Origin: Candidatus Hydrogenedentota bacterium | GTDB lineage: Bacteria; Hydrogenedentota; Hydrogenedentia; Hydrogenedentales; SLHB01 | Reading direction: 5' to 3' | NCBI GenBank assembly: GCA_963745075.1 | Contig: CAVUWV010000017.1 | Coordinates: 96,001-160,000, forward strand | Length of the DNA: 64,000 nt | In this document: one piece after another, positions 61,181 through 64,000 of the stretch | Layout of the letters: each line of letters begins with the position of its first letter | Numbering within the stretch: position 1 is the first letter of the stretch | Position numbers and translations under genes: made by a program | The notes under the pieces: generated by a model | What the model saw: only the letters and a program-made list of their open reading frames with translations | The model's database searches: none | Told to the model about the DNA's origin: nothing

Positions 61181-61260
61181 TTCGCCGCCCTCCTTCCCCG
61201 CGGACACCCTGCCGCGCGAGTCGTACAAACCGTCCCTTGAACCTGTACGTACTATGGCTC

Positions 61261-61293
61261 GGGAATGTGAAGGGCATTTGAAGGGAATGTGAA
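61261..61293 (-). promoter_or_regulatory. Triple 11-bp direct repeat, CreB 'cre-tag'-like operator
   Basis: Minus strand TTCACATTCCC-TTCAAATGCCC-TTCACATTCCC; matches the TTCAC-N6-TTCAC spacing. Confidence 0.75.
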
Positions 61294-61321
61294 ATCGGCT
61301 AGAATTCGGAAGGTTACAGCG

Positions 61322-62772
61322 TCAATACGTCCGCCGCGCAGGTTCCACCGGTAGCGTCAACACGGCTTCAACGCCCCCACTGTCGTGGTTTGTCAGAGTA
61401 ACGTTACCACCATGCAACACCGCCGCCTCCCGCACGAACGCAAGTCCCAGGCCTGAACTCTTTTTGCCCGTATCGGGACGACGAAGCGAATAGAATCGGT
61501 CGAATACCTTGTCCAGGGCATACTCGGGAATCCCCGGTCCATGATCGCGAACACGAATTGTCACGTTGCCGTCGTCTTTGACCGCGGAAATCTCAATCGC
61601 TCCACCCGCGTCCGAAAAATCGACCGCATTCTGAATCAGATTGGAGAGGGCCTGCCGCACCAGAAACCGCTCGCCGTTCACCATAGCCGGGCGCGTACCC
61701 TCAATGGTAACGTCTACGTCTTTCTGCGACAGAACCGGCTGCAAGACTCTGCGCAATATCGCCTATCAGGTCCATCAGGTCCACCGCGTCCACATCGCGC
61801 AACTCGTTCCGGCCTTCCAGCGCCGACAGTTGCAGCATTCGGTCCACGAGTCCCTGAATTCGGTGCGATTCCGACCGAATGTTCTCCAAAAACGGCTTCC
61901 GTTGTTCGAGGGGCATGTCTTCTTCGAGTAATTCGGCGGCGCCCCGAATGGCGGACAGCGGACTCTTCATCTCGTGGGTCAGCGTCTGGACATACTCCTC
62001 CACGTAGCGCTTGCCCTCCAGCGCGGTCCGCATTTCCTCAAAGGCGTAGCCCAGTGCACCGATCTCGCCCCGTCCGAACTTCGGCGGCGGCACCCGTTTG
62101 CCGTCGCGAACAGCCTTTGCGTACCGCGTGAGCCGTTCGATGGGCGACGTGATCCACGCCGAAAACACCATCCCGAGCAGGACGACACAAACGGCCGCGA
62201 TGATCCCGGCGGTGACGATTTTGCGCCGGGCCGTCTCCATAAACAGGGTGACGCTGTCCGCCGGTTTCGCCACGGTCAGCACGCCGACGATTTCCCCGTC
62301 GATCGTGATCGGAGAGGCCACGTGCAGGATGGACGTCTTCGGGATCGTCGGGATCTGTGCGCGTGGAGCGAGCGCCATATTCTCCTCGCATCGTTCGAGC
62401 CACGTCGTTCCATCGCGAATAGTCTTTCCCCTCGTCCCGGCCGTCATCGGAATCAAACACGACGATTCCCTTGCGGTCCGTGACATAGACGCGCATGTTC
62501 AGGTGGGTTTTGGTGACGTCGTAGATTCTTGCGGAGAACTCTTTGTTCCGCGCCCGGTCGAAGGTGGTCCGAAAATCAGTGGTATCGACTGCGTCGTGCT
62601 CGATCTGGGTTTCCGCCAAGGACGCGAGTATCGTCGCCGTGTCTACCATGGACTCCTCCATGGTTTCAAGATACCGGGGCCGTAGATCTTCGAGAATCCA
62701 GTCCACGAGTTCGTAGAAGCCGACGCCTACGACCAGGAGCAATGCCGCGAATAGCCGATAGCGGATCTTCAC
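61322..62772 (-). CDS. creC: Sensor histidine kinase CreC-like (two +1 frameshifts, ~62341 and ~61745)
   Basis: MKIRYRLF...RPRYLETMEESMVDTA, RVYVTD..GIVVFDS, SRWNDV..T.RGEYGARST, YVQTLTHEMKSP, NLIQNA, DHGPGIP, FYSLRRP, GLGL. Confidence 0.85.
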
Positions 62773-63455
62773 CACGACTCCTTCAGCGAGTAGCCCAGCC
62801 CACGGTGCGTTTGAATCGGATCGACTTCCGGCCGGACCGACCGCATTTTCGCTCGGATGTTCTTCACGTGCGCGTCCACCGTGCGATCCATACTCGATTC
62901 CGGCGCATCCCACGCCAGTTCCATCAGCTTCTCGCGCGAGTAGACCCACCCAGGCCGCTGCGCCAGCACTTCGAGGATGCGATATTCATAGCGCGACAAG
63001 TCGAGCGGCTTTCCGAAATACCACACCGTGGCCTTATGTTTGTCGATGGTCAGTGGCGAGCCCGGCCGGGAAGGCGACGCGTCGGACTCTGCCCCAGGCG
63101 CACGGCGCAACACGGCCTTCACGCGGGCGGCCAATTCGCGTGGACTGAAGGGCTTGGCCACATAGTCGTCACCCCCGATTTCGAGGCCCACCACGCGATC
63201 GATTTCATCCGCCCGTGCCGTCAGGAAGATAATCGGTACCGCAGAAGTCTTCCGGATTTCTTTGCACAGGTCGAACCCGTTGCAATCAGGCAATCCAACG
63301 TCGAGCACGATCAGGCTCGCCCCATGGTCGTGGTAGATGCGAAGTGCTTCTTCTCCCGTGGCGCACCAGGCTACCTCAAAGCTCTCCGTCTCCAAAGCAT
63401 ACCGGATATTATCCGCGATGGCCGGTTCGTCCTCGACCACCAGAATCCTGTGCAT
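62769..63455 (-). CDS. creB: OmpR-family response regulator CreB-like
   Basis: ILVVEDE, LDVGLPD, FLTAR, DDYVAKPFSPREL, DRTVDAHVKNIRAK, THRGLGYSL; GTGA overlap with creC. Confidence 0.88.
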   Translation of the reverse strand: MHRILVVEDEPAIADNIRYALETESFEVAWCATGEEALRIYHDHGASLIVLDVGLPDCNGFDLCKEIRKTSAVPIIFLTARADEIDRVVGLEIGGDDYVAKPFSPRELAARVKAVLRRAPGAESDASPSRPGSPLTIDKHKATVWYFGKPLDLSRYEYRILEVLAQRPGWVYSREKLMELAWDAPESSMDRTVDAHVKNIRAKMRSVRPEVDPIQTHRGLGYSLKESW

Positions 63456-63600
63456 GTCATGAACCCTCCACGACATTGGCTGCACCGCATGGTCGCACGG
63501 TTCCGCCTCAGCCTGCAACCGGTTATTGAATCGGGACCGTCGGTCTTGCACCCGGCTCTCCAGTTCTCTATAGTCTGCGGCTGCAAGCAAGGAGGTCCTT

Positions 63601-63789
63601 ATGACCCTGCAGGAAATTCTCGTTCAAAATCTCGGACAGTTTCTCGAAACCCTGAACCAGGTCTTCGCCATCGCCGCCCAGAACTCGGTGGCATGGGCGC
63701 AGCAATTCGGTACCACGTGGCTCGCTGCCTATACCCAGCGCGCCAGCATCTTGCTGGGCGCCCTCGACGCGATTCTGCCGCCATATTGA
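63601..63789 (+). CDS. Small hypothetical protein (62 aa)
   Basis: AAGGAGG SD 6 nt before the ATG; amphipathic, Gln/Ala/Leu-rich. Confidence 0.6.
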   Translation: MTLQEILVQNLGQFLETLNQVFAIAAQNSVAWAQQFGTTWLAAYTQRASILLGALDAILPPY

Positions 63790-63817
63790 TGAATGGATTA
63801 GCTCCGGAAAGGGTTGC

Positions 63818-64000
63818 ATGATGGGTTCGATCGAATTGGGAAACGGCGCACACACCTATGAACTGGTCGAGGGGTGGGGCGAACCGCCGTCGCACATTCA
63901 ATACGGCTACACCCACGGCGTCTGCGAAGACAGCCAGGGCCGCATCTATATCCACAATCAGAGCCCCCACGCCATGGTGGTTTTCGACGCCGACGGCGCC
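63818..64000 (+). CDS. NHL-repeat beta-propeller protein (PAL-like), partial
   Basis: My translation: MMGSIELGNGAHTYELVEGWGEPP...YTHGVCEDSQGRIYIHN...MVVFDADG; runs off the window end. Confidence 0.7.
   Translation, partial: MMGSIELGNGAHTYELVEGWGEPPSHIQYGYTHGVCEDSQGRIYIHNQSPHAMVVFDADGA

Overview
GC-rich (~60%) bacterial chromosome window, mostly housekeeping and metabolic genes. The gene content suggests a poorly characterised lineage; Ca. Hydrogenedentota is only a guess. Recognisable genes, in order: ResB-like cytochrome c biogenesis gene (partial) with a duplicated-domain lipoprotein, rfbD-rfbB, truA, a sulfatase-like gene, a LysM/M23 peptidase, a menG-F-D-H-B-A-C-E operon, uronate and fucose/arabinose-type isomerases, a UvrD/Rep helicase, two ECF sigma/anti-sigma pairs, recF-dciA-gyrB-gyrA, a MATE transporter, GH172, tRNA-Ser(CGA), a sucrose operon (oxidoreductase, sucrose synthase, SPS-SPP, PfkB) and a creB-creC-X-creD locus. 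Two unannotated systems stand out. (1) Between rfbD and truA lie two tandem, paralogous, apparently non-coding units. Each has a sigma28 (FliA)-type promoter, a 5' module of CsrA/RsmA-type ACGGA hairpins, 3' hairpins with C-rich (A)UCCC loops and an intrinsic terminator. (2) Four 50-69 aa ORFs with good Shine-Dalgarno sites share a 15-17 aa leader, M[KS]H[IV]xx[VIL][ST]x3-5P[AV]xA, followed by unrelated aromatic-rich cores; they look like an undescribed peptide-precursor family. Several genes carry single-base insertions that may be assembly errors. No CRISPR array, rRNA, integrase or transposase was seen.
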